Shown piece by piece: positions 1 through 13,486 of a stretch of DNA of 64,000 nucleotides (the stretch's first letter is position 1; the number at the start of each line of letters is the position of its first letter). Location: the NCBI RefSeq assembly GCF_006345805.1, contig NC_043007.1, positions 22,940,001-23,004,000 of the forward strand. The letters run 5' to 3'. The stretch comes from Octopus sinensis (lineage: Eukaryota). The notes beneath the pieces were generated by a model, which was not told where the DNA came from, searched no databases, and worked only from the letters and a program-made list of their open reading frames with translations. Made by a program: the position numbers and the translations under genes.

Positions 1-589
1 TTAAGACACTGGGATGTCCTATGAGGAAGATTTTGCTAGCTATTTCTAGAGGGTAAGTGACTGCATAGCGGCTTCCTTATTGAAACTAGTTTTCAGACCA
101 GGCATATAGGAGTTTACCACAGAATACTAGCTACTTTTGTTGAGGCACAAGTCTGTGACTGAGGAGGCACATGGTTGTCTTCTGATCACATGGCTGCAAA
201 ATCAGACACAAAACTTTATTTTTTTTTTAAAGAAACAAGCAATGAAGGCTTGTAACATTTTGAGATAAAAATGAAGTCTTAGATGACCCTAGCTGTATTT
301 TCGTCAACTTATTTTTCCCAGAGGCACCAGCGAATAGCAGTAAAAATAAATTTTCAATCAAAACTTTTAACAATTTTCAAGTTGGAGAAATCACCATTGT
401 TTGCAAACAGGAGTTAAGTCCCCTTCTAGTGACGAGTAAGTTTTTAAGAGTTTTGTTGTCTTTTTTTTCCATCGAAGAAAAAAGTGCTTTGTTGATATAT
501 GGGCAACACACACACACACACGAACATGTATGCAATAGGTGTACATACGTACGTGTGTGTGTATGAGTGTGTTGCCCATATATGTATAT

Positions 590-1330
590 ATATAAAGACT
601 TAGTTGTGATCTGAACATAACCGCTTCTGACAGAGGATCGGGAGCCCTTTTGGGCATTCTATTTTCCTTGCTGGAAGGGTTCCCAACTCATGGGCAAATG
701 GGGGTTAGATGATGGGGGTGGTGTTTTCAAAGGGCTGGCATGTGCAACCTGATCACCTCTGCCAATCAAACTCCCAACCCATGCGCTCCCGTCACGACAC
801 TGATTCTGCAGAACTGGGTTGGGTGTGAAAACCAACTTTAAAGTATAAATATAAATGCTTTTGAATCAGTAATATTGTTTGGTTAAGTCCTATTTGGGGT
901 GAAAAATCAATAAACTGATTCCTTATGGGGTTTTCCATTTAATCAGGATAAAAAAAAAAAATCGATAAACCGATTCCGTGTAGGATTTCCTAATAAAATT
1001 GGCTACACCCCATTTTCAACCATAACTTATACCAATTTTGATGTATTTTGTTCAAACTTGATGCCAGCATTACTTAGGACTCATGGGATCTTTGAATGCT
1101 CTAAGTTCTCCAAAAACGAAAAAAAAAAAAAATAATCGATGAGTAGGAAAAATCGATAAACCAATTCCTTATGGGATTACCCAATCAAGTTATCTGCGAC
1201 TCATTTTCAGCCAAATGTTTACCAAATTCAACGGATTTCGCCCAAATTTGATGTCGACGTTACTTAGTTTGGTTTGAAATAAAGAACTTGATTAGCTTAA
1301 TCCTAACTCAATCCCGGATTATACTGCTAG
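590..1330 (+). mobile_element. Degenerate Helitron-like element
   Basis: Ends ATCCCGGATTATACTGCTAG|T like the other Helitron-like ends; internal diverged repeats (AAAATCGATAAACCGATTCC). The 5' boundary is uncertain. Confidence 0.45.
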
Positions 1331-2455
1331 TTTTGAGATAAAAATGAAGTCTTAGATCTACCAGAATAATTCTACAGATTAAGTGAATGAGATATGAGAT
1401 GCCAGTCAACTTAAGGAAATTGGCTTAAAGGAAGAATAAATGGAGGGAGAAGTTTAATATGTAAAATATTGATTTTTGGGTGCTGTATTAATGCCATGGT
1501 ACCATTTTACAGCTAGATGGACTGAGCAAATTTAGTTGTAACTATAAACATTGAACAGCTGTAGGATATAAACCATTTAGTGTTTTGGTGGTATTAGTCT
1601 GACAGTTTACTGAGCAATTGGTGGCTGCCCACCATTGGCGTAGCTTTGACCCTCTGACATCCAACTGGCACAGTTAGTAATGGGCCCCACGTTAAAAGTG
1701 ACCCTAGGTTAAACCACAGAAAGATATCTTCTAAATTTGGTGCATATAATCAGCTGACTAGGTAACCAGAAAACGAAAATGTAACAAATCAGCAGAAAAA
1801 AGATCTGGATTTTGTGGGTGTCTGCGAATGATGGTGTGTGTGAAAGAGAGGGTGGGATGACTGGATAGGGGTGAGTGAAATAACCGTTGCAGACAGATTA
1901 CTCACTGGGGATAAAATATGGCCAGGAATGGAGCAAAGGAAGATGGAATTAACTAACATGGTTCCCTGTGGTATTGTTGTTGTTTAACCAAGGTCAGACT
2001 TGGTCAAGCAGATCTATGTTCACAGGTATTCCAAGAATGACCATAACACCTCTCCCTTTTCTCTTTCAGCAATAGAAATACTCTGGACTACATTATCCAA
2101 CGTGTCCTTTTTTTTTCAGTAAGAGAGTGGTGTAGTTTGGAGGGAGACTTAGCTGGTGTTTCTAGCAGATCAAGCAACCATGTAGAGGCCACATTGTTGG
2201 GTCATAGTCCAGAATATAAGACACAGTAGGTTAAGAGGAATAGGGGATGAGGTGAAATATGGTGAATCAATGAATGGGGGCAGATGTAGGAGGGATGGTC
2301 ATTATGGAGATTAGGTCATTGGATCTAGATTAAAATTTTGTCAATAAAACATGGATACTTTATGGCAGATATAGCATGCACATACACAGCAGACATGCAT
2401 ATACTTATATCTATATGTGTGTGTGTATATACACACACACATGTATATTTTATAT

Positions 2456-2511
<56 letters not shown>

Positions 2512-2536
2512 CATACATATATATTATGCAAATATA

Positions 2537-3811
2537 CAAGGGAGTGCTGAAAAGTTCCTTTAAAAGTATTGTGAAAGGGTAGGGCTCTCTTGTAAAGGTA
2601 CAAGGGAGGTAGGACAACTGTTTAGGAGAAAATATGTAAAAAATCATGATGGTATACAATATATCATTCCCCTTTTTTGCAGATTTAGCACAAGGTGGCA
2701 GTTCCTACAGTAGATTTTGAAAAACTGAAGCACAGGTGGTCATGAAGTTTCTCTTTTTGAGAGGCAAAGGAGTGGCAGAAATCCATGATGAGATGAAAAA
2801 AAGACTTGAAGGATGGCTGCCCATCTTACTCCACAGTGAAAATTTGGGTGTCAAGGTTTTTTGGTCTGGTCATTTCAGGGTCACAGATGAACCCCAGTCA
2901 GAATGGCCAACTTTTGCAACTGCCAACACTGTGCATGTCATGATTCTCGAGGACTGCTGGATTTCAGCCGAAGATATAGCTGAGACTCTGGGGATTTCCT
3001 GCGAAAGAGTTAGGCACATCGTCCACGACATTCAAGACGTGAGAAAGCTTTCCACAAAACGGGTGCTGAAATGCCTGGATGCAGACCAGAGAACATCAGA
3101 GTGACAACTACATAAGTGATTTTGGACCAGTTTGCAACAGGAGAGGCTGATTTTATGGCTTGTTTAGTCACCAAACTTGGCTTCATCATTATGATTCCCA
3201 GACCAAGCAGCAATCAATGGAGTGACACCACAGCTGTTCACCATGTCCCAAGAAGTTTTGGACCCAGAAGCCAGTTGGAAGAATTCTGGCTTCAGAGTTC
3301 CGGGACAAAGATGGAGCACTCCTCATAAAATATCTGCCAAAGAGTCACACCATCTATGCAGAATACTACAGGTCTCTGTTGGATGAACCGCATGAAGTTT
3401 TGAAACAGAAACACCATGGAAAGCGGAGCAGTGGAGTCCTGTTTTTGCAGGACAATGCAACATCATGCACAACACATGACCTCTATGGAAAATACGTGAC
3501 TTTGGCTTCGAATTGGTAGACCACCTGTCTTACTCACCTGACCTGGCTCCCTCTGATTATCATCTCTTTCCACAACTGAAGAAACATCTCAAGGAATTGA
3601 AATTTCACTCTTATTCTGAAGAGATCACTGCTACAGAGGCCTGGTCGGAGACTCAACCTTCCAACTTCTTTTACAGGGCTTAGAAAAACTGAAGGACTGC
3701 TGCAATAAATTTGTGAATCTGAGAAGGGGGAATATGTTGAGTAAAATCATGATTAACTGATCCTCCTGTATTTTCTTTTACCCAAAGCCTCCAACTTTCA
3801 GAACTCCTTTG
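2537..3811 (+). mobile_element. Degenerate full-length mariner-family DNA transposon
   Basis: Imperfect TIRs CAAGGGAGTGCTGAAAAGTT / AACTTTCAGAACTCCTTTG. Frameshifted transposase remnants: N-terminal HTH (KFLFLRGKGVAEIH), ISAEDIAETLGIS, FLQDNA, YSPDLAPSDYHLFPQLKKHL. Confidence 0.9.
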
Positions 3812-3823
3812 TGTGTGTATATT

Positions 3824-3905
<82 letters not shown>

Positions 3906-4905
3906 CATACATATATATATGTATATCATACATATATATATATGTATATTATACATATATTATGCAAATATATCTATTATATTATACATATACATAATAT
4001 TATGCATATATACATACATACGTACATATATATATATTATACGCATGCAAAAGTATCACAGAAATAACACAAGTAAAGTTTGGGAGAAAGAGGAAACAAA
4101 CAAACAAACAAAAAGTACCATGCATGGTGAGACAGGCGAAAGCCTGTACCTAAAAAGCATGGAAATATAAAGTGAGCAAAATAACAAACCAAGAAGTGTA
4201 CAATGAAGATTAATATGCCATAGGAAAGAAACAGAAGAGTAAAAAAACAACTATGATACCAAAAAAAGACATTTGTTTACATGGCTGGTTCCACTGTAGA
4301 CCTGCCAAGTCAACAGGCGTCTGTTTTTGGTATCATACATTTTTATCTTTCTCCTACCTCTCAAATTTTTTTCTGCTCTTTGATAAAGGCCATCACCCAA
4401 AGCATCAGATTCTCTTCTGTTTCTACCTTTTGCATACTAAGTTTCATTACACACATCTTAGTAAGTTTTTTGGTTTTTAGCTTTATATTTCTACACTTTT
4501 CAGGCACATGTTTTAACTACAAGTGGTACTTTTTTCTTGCTTGTTTCCTCTTAGCCTAAAATTTAACTTGTGTTATTTTCTTAACTATTTTCATTCTAAT
4601 GCCTATATAAAATTATTCTCCACTACTTTGTACATTTACTGTAACAATTATACAGACAGACAGACGCAGACACATATAAACAATTTGGGCCAAGATGGAT
4701 AAGATGGGCGCAATCAAGATAGAACTGGAAGCGCATTGTGACCAGCAGTGTATAACATGTGATAGTCTAGTTGATAGAGGTGATATATACATATACATAT
4801 ATATATATATCTCCCATGCTAGCATAGAAAAATTAATGTAAAATAATCATATTTTTCCCTATATATAATAAAAAATAATTTGAGATTTCATAAAACTGTC
4901 CAGGC

Positions 4906-5165
4906 TTACAGAGAATGCTTTAAAGTGACGGTATGACAATCTAATCCATCTTTAGATATTACAATAGGCTGTGTGTAAAGTAAAGGAACCATGTTACAGA
5001 GTCCTTTCACGGAACAGGTGTAAAGAAGGCACTCAAAGTGTACTTGAAAGGGAGTACACTGGTCAATCACTGGTATATGGATGTCAATTCTGGGTTGATT
5101 GGTCAAATCGACGATGTCACCATTTGTTTTTGTGAGGTTTGCAAGAAGCTGTTTGCTGGCATCAT
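4906..5165 (-). CDS. NHLRC2: NHLRC2 exon 10 (terminal; TAA at 4908-4906)
   Basis: DDASKQLLAN...GDIVDLTNQPRIDIHIP...CLLYTCSVKGLCNM...YTQPIVI...TLKHSL*; cttcag acceptor; 260 nt. Total CDS 2166 nt = 721 aa + stop. Confidence 0.88.
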
Positions 5166-6772
5166 CTGAAGCAAATGAGAGAAAAGAAAATATTATAATT
5201 GTAAAAAGTGCAGTAATAGCTGTGACAGCAACACACAGAGTTATTAATTGAATGGTCGTGAGTTCAAACCTTATTCTAACCATTATGAGCAAAACACCAT
5301 AATGACTACCTATGAGCCAAGGTAGAGTGACAGGTAAATCTGCTGCCTATGGATAAGGATGTCAATGTTGTGCTAGTAATTTATGTGTCTACCATGGCTA
5401 GGTTCTAACAAGTACAGCTGGAGCACTATCAATTAAGTCACCCAGACTGAGATCAGTCACTAATTGTCTCAATGGGATCCAGGACTGTGGGTATGATTTA
5501 AGTTATTAGGGGTGGCCGATTATGATTATAGACAACGTAGGTGTCTGTTTCTTAACTACCCACAAGGGGCTAAACACAGAGGGGACAAACAAGGACTGAC
5601 AAACGGATTAAGTCGATTACATCGACCCCAGTGCGTAACTGGTACTTAATTTATCGACCCCGAAAGGATGAAAGGCAAAGTTGACCTCGGCGGAATTTGA
5701 ACTCAGAACATAGCGATGGGTGAAATACTGCGAAGCACTTCACCCGGCGTGCTAACATCTCTGCCAGCTCGCCGTAGGTGTCACATTATGATTGGGGTTA
5801 TATAGGGGTGGTTTATTACCATAAAATACAATGTTTAACTCCAGGACAGCTCTGGTCCAGCAGACCTATGATCAGAAATATTAAAGTCATGACCATCCTG
5901 TCTTTTATTCAGGGTATGTCTAGAATTGGGGTGGCTGGTAATGATTAAGTGCAATATGGGATAAACAGTTTTATGTGTAACACGGGGTGGCTAGTTACAG
6001 TTATGAGCTACATGGGGGCAGCTAGTTATAATTATTTAGTTACATGGAGTGGCTGGTTTGCAAGCTTCCTCCATGTTAAAAACTCCAAATCTAAAATAAT
6101 TTATTTTATAAAACAACAATGACGAGACAAATCATCTGAAAATGACTACATAAATAAATAAACACAGGTACCCATCTCTAGCTGGGTATCTCATAAGTGA
6201 TGAGGTGCTCTGTTGCTTATACTCAAACAAACTTTGATTAGACAGTCCAATCATGACCAACTTGTCATTTTTTGAGGGGTTGGGTGGAGTATATACAACA
6301 ATATCTGATGTGTCTTTCCTAGCTTGAAGATAAGAGAATAGGACTGATATTTTTAGCAGTACTGGATACCGTATAGAAGCTCCTTTATGTTCAGTGAAGT
6401 AGACAGACTGTAGAAACGTAGAGGATGGTAAATTAATGACAAAACAGTGTACATTAGCAGGATTAGAACCTGCTGGTCTATCATTACCTCCACCTTAGCA
6501 AAGGCAGAGGTATAGTTTTCAGTCATGTTTGTTTGTTTGTCAGTGAACAAGATATCTCAAGAACCGCTGGGAGAAAAATAAAGTCTACAACCCAACATCA
6601 CACATGGTCTATCAGATGGGTTCCTTAAGGTTTCTGTAAACCCAATTTCACTGAAAACCTAGGGTTAACCAGAAGCTATAATAGATGCTTCCTTAAGGTC
6701 CAGTGCAACAGGGGACATAATAAAGACAACTTCTTAAGCACATAACCAAAGAAAGATAGAAATAATCCAAAC

Positions 6773-6995
6773 CTTCAGTGAAAATCTGCCAACAGCTGAC
6801 CATGTCATTGGTCAATGAAACGCCACTTCTGAAACTGATGTCTAACTGGAATGTTAGACAACTTGATGAACATAAACGGACAGTTTCCAAAAGCTGAGCT
6901 TTTGTCTTTTTCGGCGTGATGCGAAATCTTGTCTTATCTAAATCACAGGAATTTACGTTTACCGATTCTTGTAGTTTTTCTATCTTCAAAGGAAA
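6773..6995 (-). CDS. NHLRC2: NHLRC2 exon 9
   Basis: FPLKIEK...LTFQLDISFRSGVSLTNDMVSCWQIFTE, resembling the recalled SGSKLTEGVSSCWFLTAE; ttgcag / GTTTGG; 223 nt, phase 0/1. Confidence 0.88.
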
Positions 6996-7931
6996 CTGCA
7001 ATGGAGAGAACAAAAATTAGAAATGTTCAGACAGACATATACACATAAATATAGACACATATTCACACATATAGATCCAGGATAGACATACATTTACACA
7101 TAAGTACAGATCCAGGATAGACACACACACACACACACACATTCATACACCCAGAAATATACACGTTTTCTCTCTCATACATACACAGTCACAGTCATGC
7201 ACCCATACATGCAGATACACTTACTCGCATTTGCACAACACATTCACACACCCAGACATACAGTTACACTCACACAAACACACACACATCATCATCATTG
7301 TTTAACATCTGCTTTCCATGCTAGCATGGGTTGGACGATTTTGACTGAGAATGGCGAACCAGATGGCTACACCAGGCTCCAATCTTGATCTGGCAGAGTT
7401 TCTACAGCTGGATGCCCTTCCTAATGCCAACCACTCCGTGAGTGGAGTGGGTGCTTTTACGTGCCACCAGCACGGGGCCAGTCAGGCGGTACTGGCAACG
7501 ACCTCGCTCGAATCTTTTTACACATGCCACCGGCACAGATGCCAATAAGGCAACACTGGTGACGATCACGCTCGGATGGTGCCTTTTACGTCCCACCAGC
7601 TCGGAAGCCAGTTAGCCGCTATGGCAACGATCACGCTCGGATGGTGCTCTTGGCGCTCCACTAGCACGGGAGTGGTGATATATACTGTGTAGCAGACACA
7701 GCAAACCCATGTCAGCATAGGAAAACATATGTGATGATGATGATGATGATGATGTGCCAGTGTCATAGATAACGGTTAGATCCATGGTCAGGGCAATGAG
7801 ACATGATAAATCAGTAAAGGATCAGACTCCAGTGTCCTGCAGTATTAAGTTATCTTTCTTAAGATGTCCAATGAAATGAGTGTTAATGATATCCAAGGAG
7901 ATAAATTGTTATTATGTCATTGGAGAATAAA

Positions 7932-8395
7932 CATCATCATCATCATCGTTTAACGTCCGCTTTCCATGCTAGCATGGGTTGGACGGTTCAACTGGGGTCT
8001 GGCAAGCCCGAAGGCTGCACCAGACTCCAGTCAGATCTGGTAGTGTTTCTACAGCTGGATGCCCTTCCTAACGCCAACCACTCCGAGAGTGTAGTGGGTG
8101 ATTTATGTGCCACCAACACAGGTGCCAGACGAGGCTGGCAGACGGCCACGCTCGGATGGTGTTTTCTTATGTGCCACCGACACAGGTGCCAGATGAGGCT
8201 GGCAGACGGCCACGCTCGGATATGGTGCTTTCGGTGTTTTTCTTATGTGCCACCGACACAGGTGCCAGACGAGGCTGGCGAACGGCTACGATCGGATGGT
8301 GTTTGTTACGTGCCCACGGCACGGAGGCCAGTCGATGCGGTACTGGCTACGGTCCCGTTCGGATGGTTTTCTTATGTGCCACCGGCACTGGTACC
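7932..8395 (-). mobile_element. (GAT)n-tailed retroposon family E with internal ~50-65-bp tandem units (also ~7287-7670, 16750-17007, 20263-20730, 47134-47555, 54181-54417, 60480-60773)
   Basis: Shared GGTTGGCGTTAGGAAGGGCATCCAGCTGTAG...CCATGCTAGCATGGAAAGCGGACGTTAAACGATGATGATG end; variable number of GTGCCACC...CGGATGGT units. Confidence 0.8.
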
Positions 8396-8462
8396 ACAAG
8401 GATACAAATTCCATCAATTAGTATAATGAAAGTAATTAGTCTAACTGGTTTAAGTTACTTAC

Positions 8463-8672
8463 ATCAGACAGGGAGTTTGTGTGTAAATCAAACAGTTTTA
8501 TGCGGTGGTTATTGGTATCTGCAATGTATATTAACTGCTTGGCTGCATCAACTGCCACATCAGCTGGTTCGTTAAATGATGACAGTAATGGGTCAGTAGA
8601 AATCAAGTCCCCTGGCTGACCACAGCCGATCAATGTAGAACAAGATTTTGATGACAAATTGACACGTTTGAT
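8463..8672 (-). CDS. NHLRC2: NHLRC2 exon 8 (last NHL repeat)
   Basis: IKRVNLSSKSCSTLIGCG...FNEPADVAVDAAKQLIYIADTNNHRIKLFDLHTNSLSD; (TC)n-ttttgcag acceptor, GTAAGT donor; 210 nt. Confidence 0.95.
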
Positions 8673-8852
8673 CTGCAAAAAAGAGAGAGAGAGAGAGAGA
8701 GAGACAAGATGAAGTAAAGCAAAAGAAATATTTATTATGAATATTACTTGGGAATAATCATGTAACTTCCTTACCGCAAAAAAAACCTGCACAAATACAA
8801 CCAAAATACACATAGTATACATGATGACATGTATCTCGAGTGTTTTTGCAAC

Positions 8853-9317
8853 AAGGGCTGTGGAGCCGGAGTCGTGGGGTTGGAATTGAGGAGTTGTGGA
8901 GTGGAGTCGTGGAGTCAGAGTCGTGGGGTTGGAATTGAGAAGTCGGAGTCGTGGAGTCAGAGTCGTGGAGTCGGAGTCAAGGAGTCGGAGTCATAGAGTT
9001 GGAATCGGAGTCGGAGTCAGAAACAATTAAGGGGCAGTCAGATTTGGAGTCGGTAAAACTGTACCGACTCTGATTCCGATGCACAATTTCTTTAATATAA
9101 ACCAGTTATAACATATCAGCCTACTCAAAGTACAAGCGTATGCATATGCTTTATGAGATATGTAGACCACAATCACTTAATTACATAAATAGGAGTCGGA
9201 GTCGGAATCAGTGTCAGAGTTGGAATCGGAGTCAGAATAGGAGTCGGAAGTGCCAATAGTACAGGTGTCGGAGTCAGAATTGGAGTCAAAGTTTTTTGTT
9301 TCGACTCCACAGCCCTG
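8853..9317. mobile_element. hAT-type MITE with internal GGAGTC repeats
   Basis: TIR (A/C)AGGGCTGTGGAG(C/T)CG; 8-bp TSD tttgcaac / cttgcaac; subterminal GGAGTC arrays. Confidence 0.8.
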
Positions 9318-9379
9318 CTTGCAACTCAAAAGACTATGGAGCATCAATATAAAGATTTATGAAGTAACAGCAGCTTTAC

Positions 9380-9508
9380 CTTGTGGTTATAAGTATCAGC
9401 AACTATGAGGGGACCATCGGGAGAATCAGTTAACAGCTCAACTCCAAGAGGATGTTGCAATTTCGCCTCAATGCCGGAACCATCCACATCGCCATAAGCA
9501 AAAAGATT
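9380..9508 (-). CDS. NHLRC2: NHLRC2 exon 7
   Basis: [43 protein letters not shown]; tgtag / GTAAAG; 129 nt, phase 0/0. Confidence 0.95.
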
Positions 9509-9646
9509 CTACAATTAAAGATTAAGAAATAGATACCTGACATAATTAACAATTTATTTAAATTATATAAAATTTAAAAGAATTACTGTAGGTAAATAGA
9601 ATAAAAATTGGCAGAAAAAGGGAAATGGATCATCACCCTTCGTAAG

Positions 9647-9811
9647 TGCGCAGGAGTGGCTGTGTGGTAAGTAGCTTGCTAACCAACCACATGGTTCCGG
9701 GTTCAGCCCCACTGCGTGGCATCTTGGGCAAGTGTCTTCTGCTATAGCCCCAGGCCGACCAATGCCTTGTGAGTGGATTTAGTAGACGGAAACTGAAAGA
9801 AGCCTGTCGTA

Positions 9812-9897
<86 letters not shown>

Positions 9898-10101
9898 GTT
9901 TGTGTGTCTGTGTTTGTCCCTCTAGCATTGCTTGACAACCGATGCTGGTGTGTTTACGTCCCCGTTACTTAACGGTTCGGCAAAAGAGACCGATAGAATA
10001 AGTACTGGGCTTACAAAGAATAAGTCCCGGGGTCGATTTGCTCGACTAAAGGTGGTGCTTCAGCATGGCCGCAATCACATGACTGAAACAAGTAAAAGAG
10101 T
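9647..10101 (+). mobile_element. tRNA-derived SINE family A (other copies ~11757-12139 -, 13045-13454 +, 13662-14000 +, 27323-27703 +, 31468-31822 -, 39169-39583 +, 41725-42066 +)
   Basis: Head AGGAGTGGCTGTGTGGTAAG...GGTTCAG(T/C)CCC with A/B-box-like motifs, internal (TA)n/(TG)n, and GTAAAAGAGT tail; many near-identical copies. Confidence 0.85.
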
Positions 10102-13100
10102 AATGTTTACCATTCATTGGAGTGAGGCCATTCTGGGGCATTGCCTTCAAGGGTTTAACTCTTTAGCATTCAAATTATTGTCAAAGGTAACACTTATTTA
10201 TTCACATTGTTTTGAATTATTCATGCATTATCCAATAGCTCATAGCTGAGATGTGATTGTTTATTTTTAGAATGACATTGTAGGGTAGGTATGACAGGCC
10301 AGATCTGGCCAGCTTGAACATAAAAGAGGCAGGATATTTTGGCCAGATATGGCCTGTTTAAGTGCTAAAGGGTTAAATCAAACAACTCAATGACAGTACC
10401 TTTTCTTTTATTCCATTAGTCTCTTATGCCAAACCTCTTTGTCACTGGCATGTAAACAAACCAACACAGGATGTCAAGCAGTAATGGGAGAGAAATACTC
10501 ATGCACACACAGATATACACATATACACAACAGGATTCTTTCAGTTTCCATCTACTAAATCCATTCATGAGGCATTGGTCAACCTGGACCAATAATAGAA
10601 GACAACTGCCCAAGCTGCCACATGGTGAAAATGAACCTGAAACCATGTGGTTATGAAGCAAACTTCTTGACCACACCTGCAGCCATCTAAATAATTTACA
10701 TTTTTATATAAAGGGTAAAGGCCCCCTTTGGTCATAAATGACCTTGGGATTGCACCTAGAAAGTTACCCTTCAAAGACTGACACAGTTTGGCACCAGTGA
10801 TGTCGCAACTCATTTCTACAGTTGAGCGAAATGGAACAATGTGAAATAAAGTGTCTTGCTCAAGAATAAAACACACAACCCAGTCCAAGAATTGAACTCA
10901 CTACCCCATGATTGTGAGCCCGACTCTAACCACTGAGCCATGCGCCTTCACTTACATTTACATAATACTATAAATACGTAATATTTTATAGTTATATATT
11001 AATTAAAATATTATATGTAATTACACAATAATTTATACAATTATGTAGGAGTTTATGTCAATTATGATTCAATTAAATATGATGAGAAGATTACAGTGAT
11101 TTGAATTTACTGAACTTTGAATCTCTTATTTATATTATATATATAACTTGTTATATATTACTATATATATATAGCTAAATTATATATATAAGAGCGCATA
11201 TATATAAATACAAACAATGAAATTAAAAGATGGGAGAAATACAGTAAACATCTCTCATAATAACACACCTTGTAATTAAGAAGATTAATTATGTGTGAAA
11301 TAAAGCCATGATAATTAGGATTATTGAAGGGGATTAGTGACACCGGCCAAAGTTATATTTTCCAAACAACGTTCTAAATAGCCAGTAATCCTCCCTCCCA
11401 TGTGAACACGCACAACTGAACCTATCAAAGGTTGCTTGACCAGTTAGAAATAATCTTCAGGTCATACCATATTTACTTGGGTAGTCCTCGTATATGCTGC
11501 TATTTTGATGCCACAAGTGTCTGTGTGTCTACAGACTGTATGCATGGTCACATTTGGTTGTGTGGTAGGTAAAGTATTTCTTTTCGTAACCATGTGGTCT
11601 CAGGTTCAGTCCCACCATGCAGCAATCTCGGGCAAGTGTCTTCTACTATCATCTCAGGCTGATCAAAGCCTTGCTAGAGAATTTGGTGGAGAAAAACTGT
11701 GTGTGTATGTGTGTGCATGCATGCATGCACATGCACACATATGTTATTCTTTTATTCTCTTACTTGTTTCAGTCATTTGACTGCGGCCATGCTGGAGCAC
11801 CGCCTTTAGTCGAGCAAATCGACCCCGGGACTTATTCTATCGGTCTCTCTGGCCGAACCGCTAAGTGACGGGGACGTAAACACACCAGCATCGGTTGTCA
11901 AGCAATGCTAGGGGGACAAACACAGACATACAAACACACATACACACATATATATACATATATATATACATATATACAACAGGCTTCTTTCAGTTTCCAT
12001 CTACCAAATCCACTCACAAGGCATTGGTCAGCCCGGGGCTATAGCAGAAGACACTTGCCCAAGATGCCACGCAGTGGGACTGAACCCGGAACCATGTGGT
12101 TGGTTAGCAAGCTACTTACCACACAGCCACTCCTGTGCCTATGATGAGCTTCTTTCAATTTCTGTCAACCAAATCCATTCAAACAGCTTTGGCCAGTCTG
12201 GGGCTGTAGTAGAAGACACTAGTCCAATGTGTTGTGAAGTGAGACTGCACAGTCATGTGGTTGAGCGACAAAATTTGCACTACACACCTATGCCTGAAAC
12301 AACTTAACCCTTATTTCTTTAAACATATACGAGCAAAACGCCTCCCGTCCAATGGACAGTGCTGAGTTGTCAAACATTTAAACCAAATTTTCTCAAATCA
12401 ACTTGTCCGACTGTCCCATTTTGTGGCATTATTTCAAGCCAGCTGGCTTTTTTTGTGCAAACTGTATGTGCATTTTTCTCACATACGTGTAGTATCGATT
12501 GCAACAGCTGATGTACTTGCGCGTACAAATGCACATTCCCACGGCTTTATCGATCGCATTCTCACCTGGAATCGATTTTTTTTATTTTGTAAGACTTATA
12601 CAAACCCTGATACCATCGGTATCTACATATCAAATTTGAACACAATCGGATGGAGGATGCCTGAGATCCTAGAAGACACACAGACAGACAGAACGGATTT
12701 TATATAATAGATTGGTCCTTCCCAAACCACAGGCCCACAAGGCCAGTTTCCTGGATTCTGTGGTGTATTTATTCCTTCTGGGATAGGATGCCAGTCCATC
12801 GCAGAGTTACTCCTTTTTAACAGCTGAGTGGACTGGAGCATTGTGAAATGAAGTGTTTTGCTCAAGAACACATCACCCAGTCCAGGAATTGAAACCACAA
12901 TCTTATGATCATGAGTACAACACCTGACCACTAAGCCATGCTCCTCCACATATACATACATAAATGTGAATAAATATATATGTATGTATTTTGGTCACAT
13001 AATCATGTAAAAAAAGATGTATACATATGTAAATATATATATATAGGCGCAGGAGTGGCTGTGTGGTAAGTAGCTTGTTTACCAACCACATGGTTCCGGG

Positions 13101-13210
13101 TTCAGTCCCACTGCGTGGCACCTTGGGCAAGTGTCTTCTACTATAGCCTCGGGCCGACCAAAGCCTTGTGAGTGGATTTGGTAGACGGAAACTGTAAGAA
13201 GCCTGTCGTA

Positions 13211-13250
<40 letters not shown>

Positions 13251-13454
13251 TGTGTGTGTTTGTGTGTCTGTGTTTGTCCCCCTAGCATTGCTTGACAACC
13301 GATGCTGGTGTGTTTATGTCCCCGTTACTTAGCGGTTCGGCAAAAGAGACCGATAGAATAAGTACTGGGCTTACAAAAGAATAAGTTCTGGGGTCGACTT
13401 GCTCGACTAAAGGTGGTGCTCCAGCATGGCCGCAGTCAAATGACTGAACAAGTG

Positions 13455-13486
<32 letters not shown>

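Noticed and set aside
4378-4412. TTTGATAAAGGCCATCACCCAAAGCATCAGA as a further hammerhead
   Set aside because: Both core boxes are mutated; at most a fossil.
5480-6060. Recurring GGGGTGGCTGGTT-like motif in NHLRC2 intron 9
   Set aside because: Looks like an old degenerate minisatellite interrupted by a SINE; no evidence of function.
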